NCBI GenBank assembly: GCA_003971905.1
Contig: RSEE01000011.1
Span: forward strand, 372,001-436,000
Reading direction: 5' to 3'
Source: Moniliella sp. 'wahieum'
Lineage: Eukaryota
Length of the DNA: 64,000 nt
The notes under the pieces are model-generated. The model ran no database searches, had not been told where the DNA came from, and saw only the letters and a program-made list of their open reading frames with translations. The stretch's first letter is position 1; every line of letters begins with the position of its first letter. Of this stretch, positions 52,315 to 64,000 are shown piece after piece. The position numbers were made by a program, and so were the translations under genes.

Positions 52315-52931
52315 TTATTCCATCACGAGATCCGCCTTTTCAGCCGCAAGTTCGGCCATTGCCTCCTGCACCTCGGAACGGACGGAACGGATGTGGCTCT
52401 GGGCAGACGTGTACCACTCGGGAGGTGGGCGAAGGGAAGCAGGATCTTGTCCCAGCTCAAGCTGCTCCGTTCGTCTCCGTTGGTCACGCGCAACAATGGC
52501 ACGTAGCAAAGCGTTCTCCCCGCTTTGCACTTGGTCCAGGATACGCGCAAGATCCGTTCGTCCAAACCCCTGTTCGGATTCTTCGTGTCCAGGGCCAGAG
52601 GGAAGCGAGAGCTGGGTCTGGATCGCGCGCAGTTCATGGCCGGCTTCAACAACCCCGAAGCAACGATCCGCGTAATTTCAGAGATGGTGCCTTGGTCTGG
52701 GGCAAGACGTGCTGGCCCCTCATGCGCGCACGAATGCGAATGCCCGTTCGCTTGCGGCTCCGAGCCGGATGGTTCCTGTCCACTGGTTGGAACAGGAGGA
52801 GCGGCAAAGAATGCGTCCACCGCCTCGTTGTATTCACTCCATAGAGCCACACGCCGCTCCTGAAGTGCCTCTACGGCTTTGAGAGCATCCAGGAGTGTTG
52901 GAGTCGCGTCAGCGTTGCTGGCGGCGGGCAT
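52315..52931 (-). CDS. coiled-coil protein resembling the REX1-B (DNA repair) domain family, frameshifted
   Basis: ALQERRVALWSEY ... ISEIT ... QSGENALL ... IRSVRSEVQEAMAELAAE follows the Q..R...Y / IT / Q..E..L / C-terminal helix pattern I recall for REX1-B. Confidence 0.5.
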
Positions 52932-53093
52932 TAGAGTGAAATAAGCTGGCGCTGGTGGCGTGGTGGCAAGGAAGGTATCGCGAAACATGCATCATGCACA
53001 CCGGGGTTGCGTGGCCCGCGCTCCTCGGAACGTTTCAACCTTTTATTTCCGCGTATACGCCACCTGCCACCTGTCTTCGGTTGTCTAAAATGC

Positions 53094-53142
53094 ACCTTGT
53101 GATCGATTCTCCCATCGACCTTGTGATAGATTCTCCCCATCG
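53094..53142. repeat. 24-25 bp tandem duplication
   Basis: ACCTTGTGATCGATTCTCCCATCG followed by ACCTTGTGATAGATTCTCCCCATCG. Confidence 0.85.
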
Positions 53143-53265
53143 AAGGGCAAGAGGTGCTACATGGTTACGTGCATCTTCTCGGGAGAGTGAACTGCGTCCA
53201 TTGAAACGGTCGAAACATACTCATTCGAATACGGTACAGGGATCCAGACAATATAGGCACCTCGT

Positions 53266-54711
53266 CTAGATGATGAAGGTGAGCGACATGTCGATGGGGT
53301 GACTTGAAGACAACTTTTCACACGGTGGATGTCAGCTGTCAGCACCAAACTTCGCAGCAAGGATCACAGTTTAAAGACGTACCTGAGGCTTTGCGAGTAC
53401 TTGGCAACCAGTTCGTCGCGGATGGCATTGAGTAGCTGATTGTAGGTCAGCCGGGGGTACTTGTTCATGACCGTAATGAATGCCCAGGAGCAAGCCCCAG
53501 TTGCCTTGTTGGCCTCAACCGCGTCGGCTGAAGTCTGCGAGTCCTTGCAGCCCGATAACATCACCACATCGCCCCCGAAGAGCGGGTACGCTTGGTGATC
53601 TCCTCGGCCGAATTCGTGTTCTTGGCTGTCATGGCAGTGTTGAACAAGCCCTTGACCACGCCAGCCAAATCACCTCGAGCATAGTCCGCCGCAGCACCCA
53701 CACCCTTTCCAATCCCCCCCAAAATATTGGGTTCCTTGATCTTCCCGCTGGTGGAGTAAACGTAGGGCAAATCAAGTGCCGTGCCCGAGTGACACGAATC
53801 AAAGATGGCCGTCAAGCGGCAACCAACCGGGGGGACGAACCATAATGGCATGGAGCTCATCGTCTTCCATCTGGCCCGCACGCTGGTAATCAACCGGAAT
53901 AATGGTCTCGTTCAGACCATCGTCCTCGTCGCCATCATGAGCCGGCGCCTGGCCACCGTGGCCCGAGTAGTGGAAGAAGAGAGCGTCGCCCGGTTGCGCC
54001 CCCTTCACAAGCCAGTGCATGGCAGCAGTCATGTTGGCACGGGTGGGCTTGTTACGCGGGTTTGGTCACGATCGGTAAGGACAACATGTCCTCTTGCTTG
54101 TAATTGCCCCGGGTGAGCAAAAAGTTGCGAAATGTTATCCACATCGTTCCAGCAGCCACGCAGGGCCGCGTTGGTGCCGCATAGTTGATACCAATCAGCA
54201 GCGCCTTGCGCTTGCCGTCATGGTCGAGTACTCGTAACGCATCCCATTGTCCATGACTTGGCCAGTGGGACGTTCGTAACGGACAGGCATGTTCTGATAC
54301 GCCGCCGGTCCCATCGGGCCTTGCGGGGGAGCACCCCACCCAGGCGGGGGGCCAGAGGGGGGAGCAAATCCCCCAGCCGCGTGCGGAGGGGGGCCAGCAG
54401 AGGGGGAGCAAATCCCCCGGACGTGGGCGGAGGGGGGCCAGGGGGCGGGGCAAAGCCGCCCGTCTGGAAGCCAGACATCGGGGGTGGCCAGGGGGGGCGC
54501 AAAGCCCCCATATGAGCCGTATCCATTAGAGGGAGGAGGGCAGGGGGCGGGGCAAAGCCACCCATGCTGAATCCGCCGGCATTTCCGTGTTGGGGGGGAG
54601 GAGGGCCAGAGGGCGGGGCCCAGAACTGGGGGGGGGGGGGGGGGCAGAGGGAGGGATGAAGTCAGCAGGGGGCGTGGAAGGGGATGATGTGGAGATGGAC
54701 GTACCCGCCAT
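53266..54711 (-). CDS. MCA1: type I metacaspase (peptidase C14), frameshifted
   Basis: Pro/Gly-rich prodomain with GGFAPPP repeats; [22 protein letters not shown] (catalytic His), [18 protein letters not shown] (catalytic Cys), [12 protein letters not shown]; intron 53314-53382; ends [14 protein letters not shown]. Confidence 0.96.
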
Positions 54712-55534
54712 TGTTGTTGCCGTACGACATGTGGGCGTGAAGCTGGACGGCGAGAGGGTGGGATGTGGGGTGGGGCCAGACTCAGACCGAGGAAGCGAGT
54801 GAGGTCGGAGGCGAGGTGGTGGCGGGGGAAGCAGGGGGCTTCGGCGACTTGGGGTTACGCTAGGCAATGGATGCATTACCTCATCATCTCGCTCCCGGTC
54901 GTCCAGTGGCGAGTCAAGCATCACCCTAGTCAACTAGTCGCAGCGCGCGCGACGCGGCCGGCTGGCTGGGGTGCTGCGAGACAGGCATGCTGCGGGCGGT
55001 GCCTGCTGCGCCGCGGCGCTTTGAAAAATCAGTTAATCAGATGCCGTAAGGTGTGTGACTGCCCGGCTTCCGGCACGACCTTGGCGCAAATCATATGACG
55101 CGCCTGGATGGCAGAGCGGCGGCTGGCCTGGCAATGCCATGCGTGCTGCTGCGCTGAGGACTCGGCAATGGGGGGGGCTGGCGGGGCTGGCAGCGGTGCT
55201 GATGCATGACGGGGGATGGAGCTTGCCTCCTGGTTGGTGAGCATCTTGAGAAGCTTGAGCTTGCACGCGAAGCGGCGTGTACATACACCGTGGCACTCGG
55301 CCCGCAGCCAGAAAGGCGGGGCGCGAGTGCGAACGGGCGCAGCAGCCGCATGCCGGTGTCTGCCGCCATCATTCATCACCCATCGTAACACTGCCGCCGT
55401 GGCATCTCCCTCGCACGGCGCCAGTCCTAGTCCCACTTGCCTACAGCTCACGGTCACCGTGGCCGCTGAGCCTCAGCGTTCAGGCTGAGGTCAGCAGGTT
55501 AGCCATTTTCGGTACCCGGTACCATCTCCCAGAG

Positions 55535-55750
55535 TGATGAGATCGATGAGATCTCTGGAACCCTGATGCGGCTGATGGTCCTCGAGGGCGAGGTAATCGC
55601 ACTGATGGTGGTGGCGGTGGACTAAGCAAACCAGCAATGCCTACATAGGATCATCAAGCAGCCAGTCGCCATCAGGACGGCTGCGGAACGAGAAAAAACA
55701 GAAGCGAGAAAACAACGGAGCTCTTAGGCCTGAGGAAGGGGGGACTCAAT
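55535..55750. mobile_element. diverged copy of the LTR-like repeat at 29736
   Basis: Starts TGATGAGA and shares several colinear blocks with 29736-29960; right boundary not resolved. Confidence 0.6.
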
Positions 55751-55806
55751 TGTCCTGCCTGCGAAACGGAACAGATTGGAGCATGGGGGATGCGAGGAAC
55801 CACGCG

Positions 55807-57068
55807 CTATAAGATCGAGGCCAATCGTTCGTTGCTCGATTCAAGGCAGAGGGGATGGCTCGCGTGAATGTGGAAGCAGCGTGGAAGGCAGGGCCATGCG
55901 TCGACTTTCCCGCTGGCTCTGCTTGTATGTGGGAAGGGCGTCTTGGACAGTCCCCAAGAAGAATCGTCTGGTAAGCTCGAACGGAAAGTCTGACGTTGTT
56001 GTTCCATGTACTCCTCCGAGGTCAAATGGGTTCTCGAATCCAGAGACACGGCCGTCGCCCACGTTCGGGGCGGGCTATGTTGTGTCGCATCAATCCCCTG
56101 CTGCTGTTCTCCCACATCATGGACGCACGATCGTGCCAGTCTTGAAGTGGATGGCTGGGTCAGCTGCCCGAGCAGCATGTGCTTCACGCTCGCGTTTCCT
56201 TCGGGCCACCATCAGACCCACCAAGGCGCCCATCAAAGCAATGCTAGTGCGATGGGGATGGTGATAGCCAAAATGGTGCTATTATGGCGAGATGATGTTG
56301 TTGCGATAAGTTTGACACGTTTTTATCTGCTAGTGCCGAGGCACCCCGACACGTTGTTTCCCAATTGGACGTTCGTCAATGCCACAACTTGCCCAACTAG
56401 AGACCTTACGTCCCCCCGCCCACGGCAACCTCGACTCGCAGGTCCGTCCTTGCGGGAATCGACCTCAGTCCAGTTCCAAAAAGTTACCGGCGGAGGGATG
56501 GTCACATCGAGGCGATTGAGGATGTCGTGGTAGTTCATGACTGTTATTGTCACAGCCTGATCTGGGGCTGCCATGATGTTGAGAATTGCAGGGAGACATT
56601 GGGTGAGTCCCTGCGTTGGAGTGTCACGTTCAAAAGCCCAGGACCAACCTTGGCACTCACAACGGATTCTGAGCCTGATAGGATTTGGAGGGGTAATTGG
56701 AGCTACGAGTCCGTCTTGTTGAACCTCCATAAGAAGAGGGGATTGGATTGGGCGCACCACTAAAACGCGTTTTGACCCATTGCTGGCGGCGGTTGTAGTC
56801 GTGACGCCGAAGGCCGTGTGTTTACCATCGCGAAACGTGGATGAGTGTCCCGGATGCAAATGAGTAGAGTGGATGCCCGACAAGAGGGGTGTAATGACGA
56901 CGCTCTGGGGCGGACGCCGAGGCAGACGAGGGGGAAATCGTTGAAATCGAATCGGACGTGCCGCGCATGTCGGTAGCTAATGATAGACGGAGATCAATGG
57001 TCGGATTGGAGCTAGCACGGGGCTGGGCAGTAGCTGCTGCGGTCCGTAGCGGCAAACTTCTGCGCATG
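55807..57068 (-). CDS. possible single-pass membrane protein, frameshifted
   Basis: Minus-strand pieces GLTQCLPAILNI...VTITV...VTFWNWT...NNVSGC, then hydrophobic TILAITIPIALALL, then a polar tail. Confidence 0.35.
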
Positions 57069-59070
57069 TGGTGGACAACCAAGATGAGCAGGCGCAATTG
57101 TAGAAGGGGCGACCAGGTGAAGCAAGAAGAGAGAGAGAGAAAAGAGGCGGGGACAAGGCGAAATGTAGACGAGAGTGACGAATGATACTGACAGTAGGCT
57201 GACAAACTGACGCTCAGGCGGGCTGAAGCTGTGGGCGGCGCTGACGCTGACGTTGACGATGCTGACGCTGACGCTGACGCTGATGCTACTAACTAATAAC
57301 TCAGTACTACTATACTCTCACATTGCATAGAATCGTCACATTGCTTGGGCTGTCGCAGGCCGTCGTCTGCTATCAGCGTAAGACCACGTTGCCGCTGTCA
57401 CACGACGGCCATTACATGTTACAAGTGCAAATAAGTGTGTGGGACAGGCATCTCTTGCACACTCCGCTATCTGCTGTTCCTTGATGAGTGCCTTTAGTGC
57501 TATTCCAAGGGACCGTTTGCACGACTACCCGCGGGATCATTCAGATCACATCCGCGAAGGTAATATCCAACCTATAAGTCTTAAGTCCTAATAAAGCCTA
57601 AGGCCTAACGTATTCACGTCGTTAACGTTTAACCAAATTTAGCAAGTTATTACTGGTTCCGTTACCGGCGGTCTTGCACCCAACAGGTTACTGCAACTGT
57701 GCAGGAGAAAAAAGTACCCGTTACATGTTTTACAAGAGGCCAAGGCGGAACCGACCTTGCATCTTGAATCATGCATGCGGTGCTTATAGCACGCTGATTG
57801 TGCCGATCATGCGCTAGAAGTGTTGGGACCCGTGGTCCCGTATATACAACGCCAAGGCGCCTTATCACCCTTTGCCTCTAAGGCCTTAATAGGCCTTAGG
57901 CCTTATTTGACCTCCGAAGCCTCTCCACATGTATATCAGGCTGTTTGAACCCCTATGTCTCCGCTAGGTGTGGCATAAGGCTTGGAGCTTAGACCTGACC
58001 CCACCACCGCGATTGCATTTGGCTCTACCTTTCCAGAGGTTCATCATGCATCACCCAACCTCTTGGGTTCCTCGGGTCTTACAAGAAGTGGGAGCGCCGA
58101 GTGCGGTTTTAAAGACTAGAACGACATAATAGCAAACCCCACACATAATGGCATTCTGCTGTCGGTGCACAACAGTCTGTGCTGAAGCTGTAGGCCGTAG
58201 CACACCCAGGCAGATCGTGAGGGGATGATGAAGAATGGAACCTGATTGTGATGGTAATGGTGGGGCTATGCCATCGCCTAGTACGCGCAGAAGAAGGTGG
58301 CAGGGCTATCGGTATAATACTCACTGGTATAGAATGACGCGTGACGCTTGGCGTGGCCTCCATACAGGGTGCAGCTGGAGTGCACACCGCCGCAATGGGC
58401 GTGTCGCTGTTTGGCCGCTCCGATCATAAAATGCCGATGTATGTGCCCGCGGTCTCACATGCTTTCATGATGCATGATGACACATGAAGCATCCACCACG
58501 TGTCATGTATCTGCCACCGCTTCACGTTGAGGTGATGGGGCCGATGGGGATCAATATCACTATTCAATGAGGCTCTAAGTACCTAGTCCCCGAGGTATCT
58601 TGAGGCTTGAAGATAGGTCCTTGAAGCTTGAAGCCTTAGGAAGTCTGGCCAGAGGGCCACGTGCAACCATTCGTCGAATATGCGCTCAAGATTGAATAAC
58701 TGAGGCCTGAGGCCCATCTGATACATCAGAGGCCAGTGGGTTTCACAACTCAGCACCACAAGTACTCAGTACAAAGTGCTAAATGCACGATCGAAATCCC
58801 ATACACAGTACTCACGAACCGTCGCCGGACATCAGACGACGTCCGAGAACTGTGCAACTCGACTGCAACTATAGCCCTAGTCACAAAGACATGTTCGTGT
58901 GACATGTGATGCCCAGTTGAGATGTTGACTCGATGACTAGACGATTCGCACAGTAGTGTCTTTGCTCTTTGGGCGGAGTACCGGAGTTGCCTGTAGAATT
59001 AATGTGTCTGTTCTGTGTTGGTGTAGTAAACGAGACAACACAATTGGCACTGCCTGCTCTTCTCCTCCAA

Positions 59071-61414
59071 CTACCTTTCGTTCGATTGTGTCCACAGGTC
59101 TTCCCCTTTGCCCCCCCCCCTCCCCCCCTTGACGAGCACTGAGTATACCGATTCGCCAAAGGGACTTGTCCTTGTTTTCTCCTGGACAGGAGTGGGTAAT
59201 TGCACTCTATTTTGCACGAAGAAGAGAGTGGTGATCGTACTACTCCCGTTTTTCATCAAGTAACTGTTGAACTAACCCTCTATTCCCCCTCCTTGTGCTG
59301 CTCTCTGTCATTATCTGCTTCACTGGGCCCTTCTGTCCTTAAGCGCTCTTCTTCCAAGGTTTGGTTATCGCTCCCCTCTGTGTGCTCTTCTTCGTTGACC
59401 TTCAATATAACAACAGAATAAGCACATTCATGCGATGCCAAAAGAATCCATGCCGGGGGTATAGGCTGCGTGAAGTTCAACGGCCATGCCACCGCTCAGT
59501 CCTTATCGACATACCCGACTGCCCTTCAGTATTATGTTCTCTTTTGCTGCTGGGCTCTTCACGCTTCTTCACTACAGTAGTCATCTCCTTCAGCAAACAG
59601 AACTGTTATACAGGCCTAATGATACGCACACAAAGTGAAGCTTGCCATTTCTTACATCTCCCCTGATACAAAGGGGGATTGGGTTATGTAGGCCATGGCC
59701 AAGTGCATGTTTTGGATCCCACCCCGGGCCCTTCCACCTCATCTCAAGGGCATTGTCACCCATGAGGCCTGAGGACGCCAGCATTTTTCGCCCGATAATT
59801 AACTCCCAAGGACCTCACCAGTCAGCCCGATAGGCCCCTCGTGGTTCTAAGGACAATACGTCTACGTTTGAGCGGCGGGTATAGACGACGTTCATCCGTG
59901 TGCGTTCCGCGTCCATAGAATATACGAGTCGACATCCGGTAGCCCTGGCAACGGGATATTGGCCGCGTCACGATGAATGAAGCGGGGCTGACATGTAAAA
60001 AATGCTGGCCTTCCCCGTAGTGTTGACATTAGTAGTATGATATGGCCCTTTACTGCTTACATGGCGATACATAGCCCAAGTTCACACCCATTAGGAGGAA
60101 CTTGTGCGCCATCATGTATCAGACATCAGGGCTGACAGTGGTTAACCACATGAACGGCGAGAACAAGGGGAAATACAAGGCAATGTAGATGTCGGATTCA
60201 GGTTATGTATGGGCCCATGGGCAACGGTTATCACTCAGTTCTCCGTCAACTGGTTCAGCGAGGAGGATGGAGCAAACTCGCGGGTTTCGCGCAACAACTG
60301 TGGAAGGTCTTCCTCCTCGACCTTCTGCAACATTCGACTTCCGTATCCTGGTGACTCGATCCTGAGGCGAAAAAAAAAGTGTTAGTGCGCAGGGAAGCCA
60401 GATGCAGACAAACAAACATACCGGTACGTAGTGGCCTTTTGGGTAATCTCAGGCATTTGGTGCCAGTCAGTACCTCATAAAGTAGAAGAAGCGCTCCACC
60501 ACTTCGGGGTTTGCATCGTAGAGATGGATCTCAGCACGCTCGTCCGGCGCCAGAGACTTGCTGGCGCTTCTTGTGGACGAAAGGGACTTGGGCGTTGTCC
60601 ACGTCCTCGATTCTCTGGTAGACGAACCACGTTGGAAGTGGGGATACGCAAGGCATAAGCAGTCCACCGGCAAAGTTGGCAAACATGTTATGCTCTGCGT
60701 CCATTGAGGTTCAGTGCGGTAGCATTCGTACAGTAGCGTCCCTACCAGATACCCATGAGTCTTGGGGAGGGTGGGTGCGACCGTGAACGCCTTGGGCACC
60801 GGCCCACCCGTCAGCGGCGGCAGCTCCAGACCCTTAAGGTCGGCACCAGCCGCTTCCTTTTCTCCGACACATCCGCTGGGTCTTCACCGGGTCTGGCATG
60901 CCCTCTGGAACCAAGAGATCGGGACGACGCATCTCGTCAAGCTTCAGGTACCCTGGCTGGGAGGCGGAGATCATAACACTTTGGGGTAGCGGCTGACCGT
61001 CAGTCATGGTATGAACACGCAGCTTTTTACCACCAATACGTCCGGGACCGTGGGGGAACGGCAGGTGGGTGAGAAGGAGGAGCAGGCTGCTGAGGGGGCA
61101 GGCACATTGACATTGGTCTTGTCCTCAAGGCCGCGCTTCAAGCCGAGGAAATCTCGTCCGTGTCGAAAGAAGGCTTGAGGTATGTGCGACGCCCAAGCAG
61201 AAAAGAAAACGCCACAGGGGAGGAAGAGCCGAGGCGCCCTACGCTTCCCACCATGGGGGGCAACACGGGCCAGCATGCTCGCTGTCCTGGGCGCCAGGGT
61301 GGTCGAGGTCAAGGGTGGGGATGAGGCCTGAGGCGGGGAGGCCACCACGAAGAAGATCATAGCCATCTTCCCGGCCAACTCCGCGTCGGAGCGGAATTGA
61401 GCCACAACAAACAT
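59071..61414 (-). CDS. possible multi-exon hypothetical gene with a BTB-like fragment
   Basis: EIHLYDANPEVVERFFYFM resembles the BTB I.L.D..P..F..F motif; clear intron ~60362-60421 (GTATGT..CTAAC..CAG on the minus strand). Limits are very uncertain. Confidence 0.3.
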
Positions 61415-61884
61415 TTCAAATCAGCAGGCCCCAGTACAGGCTGAGCTAAGCTTAGCGCTAAGGCTTAGCGGTCAGCCTGGGGCAACCGGTAATCGGCCAT
61501 TAGAACTTCAAACTTCATCGACTTCATCGACTAATTCGTCTCCTGGGCTTAGCCTCGAGGCCTCAACATGTCACATGGGATACTCGTCAAGCGTCAAGCT
61601 TCAAGCTTCAAGGCGACCAAGACTGCTTCCCCGGATAGGCCTAGGCTATTGATAGTTCTCACTGGAGTACCGCTACCCCTTCTTGCCCTGACGGGACCAC
61701 CATTTCCTCTCATCACTGTTTCTTTAGGTTGCGGCGAGGCCACCATCATCCCGCTTTGAAGCAGCTCGCGTCCACTAAATTTAGGAGGCCGATAGACCAG
61801 AAACTAGAAGTACTGTAAGCGTCGCATTGCGATTCTTGACTGTGACATGCGCCCGAGAGGATCCACATAGCCGGGGAACCGCGT

Positions 61885-62796
61885 TCAAGAGGACGAAAGT
61901 TGAGCCTCAAGTTTTCTCCTCTTGGCTCGAGTTCTTCATCTCACGTTCGGCCGCACACGTTGGCGACGGATATGAGGGTATTGCTCACTAGGTTTGACCA
62001 CTTGGACCAGCTTGTTCCAATTGGTGCTTAGTGCTGGGAGTAGTCAGAAGCAGCCAGCTGGGCGTCACGCGCGCGGTTCACCGAGTTTGTATCTTGTTGT
62101 ACTTGGGTTAGCGCCGCTTCCGCACGTTTTGCGTCCGTTTCCAGGTTGAAGGTATGCATCCTCCATGCGTTGGCGCCATACGTCTTGAGTAACGATACAT
62201 TTTCTGAGCGAATTTGTTGAGCAGCAAGCGGACGCGCGCATTGTTCAGCGCTTCCTGCCTTCTTCGCAGACGCGCTACTCCCCTTTTCGGGCCAGGGACG
62301 GAAATTTGGTGGAATCAAACAGGACATCTCGCTCCAACGCATGTCCTGAAGGCTTGTGAGATCGGCGCGCGTTTCTGGAGACAACTGTGCATAGCAGGTC
62401 AGCATGGTGTGTCCTGGTGTTCTGTGGTAACGGAAGCAAAGGCAAACGGAGGCCAGGATTGAACCAACCTTAGTTGTAGAAACGGTTCCAGTCGTAAGGG
62501 GACCCATACTTGTTCCATTTGCTTGTCCACCTGGGCACGAGACGAAGTGCTGGCTCGTGCCTGGGCCGCGATTTCAGCATCAACACGAGCGCGCCATTTG
62601 GGGTCCTCGATCTCGCGGTCAATGTAGGCAGGCCGCTGTAGCGGCACAAGAAGAGATGTGTACGCCGGTGGCACAGGTGCAACGGTATTTGCGTATCCGG
62701 TGTGGCAGAGGCACAACAAGCGCGGACGAAGTGGCTGCCATGGGGGCGGTGGGTATGGGCGCGGAGGGGGGTGAACAGATACTGGGCCATACTCAT
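61885..62796 (-). CDS. SPF27: pre-mRNA splicing factor SPF27/BCAS2 (Prp19 complex), frameshifted
   Basis: AYIDREIEDPKWRARVDAEIAAQ, SLLKTYGANAWRMHTFNLE, NSVNRAR..QL; ends RAKRRKLEAQLSSS*. Start uncertain. Confidence 0.82.
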
Positions 62797-63396
62797 ACGC
62801 GTGATTATGGTCACGGCGTAAAAATTCCGCCAAGGTTGCAGTTCCGGTGTGAGGGATAGCCGGGCTTATGAGCGTAGGCCCTGCTTTAAGCTTGTTTGGG
62901 GTGTCCAGTGCTTCTACTACCTCCTACCTTGCTTTGGTCCGCTTCTAGCCTCTTGAACCAATCTGTCCCCTCATCTTGACATTCGCATCGCCGACAGACG
63001 TCCGGTTCATTTCGTACCTTGCTGGTAGTAACCATTGAGGTGCATGGACGAAAAGTGGTGCTCGTATTGTCCCAGAGCCACATACCCATCTCTCTTTGCG
63101 CTACCACATCTGTGGCCACCGTATACCCGTGCCAGAGTGTTCGACTCGGGCTAATTTTGCAGTACACATTTGACATCGTCAACCCCCTTTGTATTGGCAG
63201 AAACGGGTAGCCAGCAGGCCCGCTGACGAGGTGGTGGTATCCACATTCAGTGCGGCTTGTTCGCATGGCGCATCATGGTTGGGCCATTTCCCTCCCAAAC
63301 TTTTGTTCTTCCCGCAGGTGAGAAACCCCACACAGGATGGACGAAGGTTACGCCACGCCCCAGCACTGGGGCTCCTTGCACAGGTTGGTTGGGGGG

Positions 63397-63736
63397 TCAT
63401 TGCAGATCTCGTCGGCCGCGAAGTTGGTAGGTCGCCGGGGGAGGTAGGGGATGAGGCGAGTTGCCAAGGCCCAGACCATTGGCGCAGCATGCGATGACCT
63501 TGTTGCAACGCGTCTTGATTTGTTCCTTGTCCGTCATGCCCTTGGTCGCATCAAACTCGTCCCGGATCCAGCCAGTGTCTCGCGTCGCGCTTGCGATTGG
63601 CATGCCCCTCGACTCTGCACAATGTTGCGGTAGAGTGCAACGCCCTGGGAGCGCAGAATGAATGCTTGAGCGTCAAGGTCGCACTGGGGTCCAACTTGCT
63701 CGCCGTCCGTGCCACGGTCATGGAACTGCGTAACAT
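63397..63736 (-). CDS. mitochondrial LYR-motif protein, LYRM2-like, frameshifted
   Basis: MLRSSMTVARTASKL (targeting-like), TLKHFILRSQGVALYRNIV, WIRDEFDATKGMTDKEQIK. Confidence 0.75.
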
Positions 63737-64000
63737 GTTCCCCCACCAGTGGTGGCACTCAGCAAATGCGCCACCTGCCCCCAGTGGAGAGAATCGGAGG
63801 AATGTCCTGCAGCACCCGCCCGACTCATTGAACGTTTCATCAACTAACTCTGGTTTCCTATCGTATATTGTGCGTCGACTGGACACCATGAGCATTCGCC
63901 CGCATACTCTGCCACCTGCTAGGCGATGCTGGTCATATATTCTACCAGGGATTGACCTCCACGCACATGTATACGGTTCGCATCTGGCTATCAGATCTAT

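Noticed and set aside
53266..54711. Metacaspase as the dedicated activating protease of the candidate gasdermin
   Set aside because: It is an ordinary MCA1-type housekeeping gene about 36 kb away with many unrelated genes between; no linkage evidence.
54928..54980. GC-rich hairpin next to CTAG resembling a Helitron 3' end
   Set aside because: Spacing is atypical and there is no second copy, 5' TC end or RepHel remnant.
59887..59902. 14-bp match (ACGTTCATCCGTGT) to the LINE 3' fragment
   Set aside because: Too short, and the flanks do not align convincingly.
62886..63266. 126-aa minus-strand ORF between the LYR gene and SPF27
   Set aside because: No recognisable motif; it may be a small frameshifted gene but cannot be supported.
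1..64000. CRISPR arrays, rRNA or prokaryotic operons
   Set aside because: No regularly spaced repeat-spacer structure or rRNA-like sequence seen; genes are eukaryotic with spliceosomal introns.

Overview
Eukaryotic, GC-rich, intron-poor fungal DNA. Gene set, short GT-AG introns with CTRAC branch points and gene density point to a basidiomycete, probably Ustilaginomycotina (inference). Almost every long gene is broken by small indels, so this looks like an unpolished long-read assembly and CDS boundaries are approximate reconstructions across frameshifts. Recognisable genes: CAMK-like kinase, intron-containing tRNA-Lys(CTT) and tRNA-Gln(TTG), Gea/GBF1 Arf-GEF, VPS20, APC-family permease, multicopper oxidase, Rpn4-like C2H2 factor, hexokinase, SPT7, an alpha/beta hydrolase, a divergent RPS12/RPS11 pair, a two-box HMG protein, a REX1-B-like protein, metacaspase, SPF27 and an LYRM2-like protein. 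There are also remnants of an RLE-type LINE and solo-LTR-like repeats. The three most interesting signals are: (1) a frameshifted gene at ~13.45-17.1 kb whose N-terminal motif series suggests a gasdermin-like pore-forming domain with a long C-terminal extension; (2) a pervasive intergenic 7-bp duplication signature (TNA + 4-bp palindrome + TNA), with one event caught by comparing two copies of a LINE fragment; (3) two tRNAs that both lack the near-invariant G10 of the D-stem/A-box. No CRISPR or prokaryotic system was seen.
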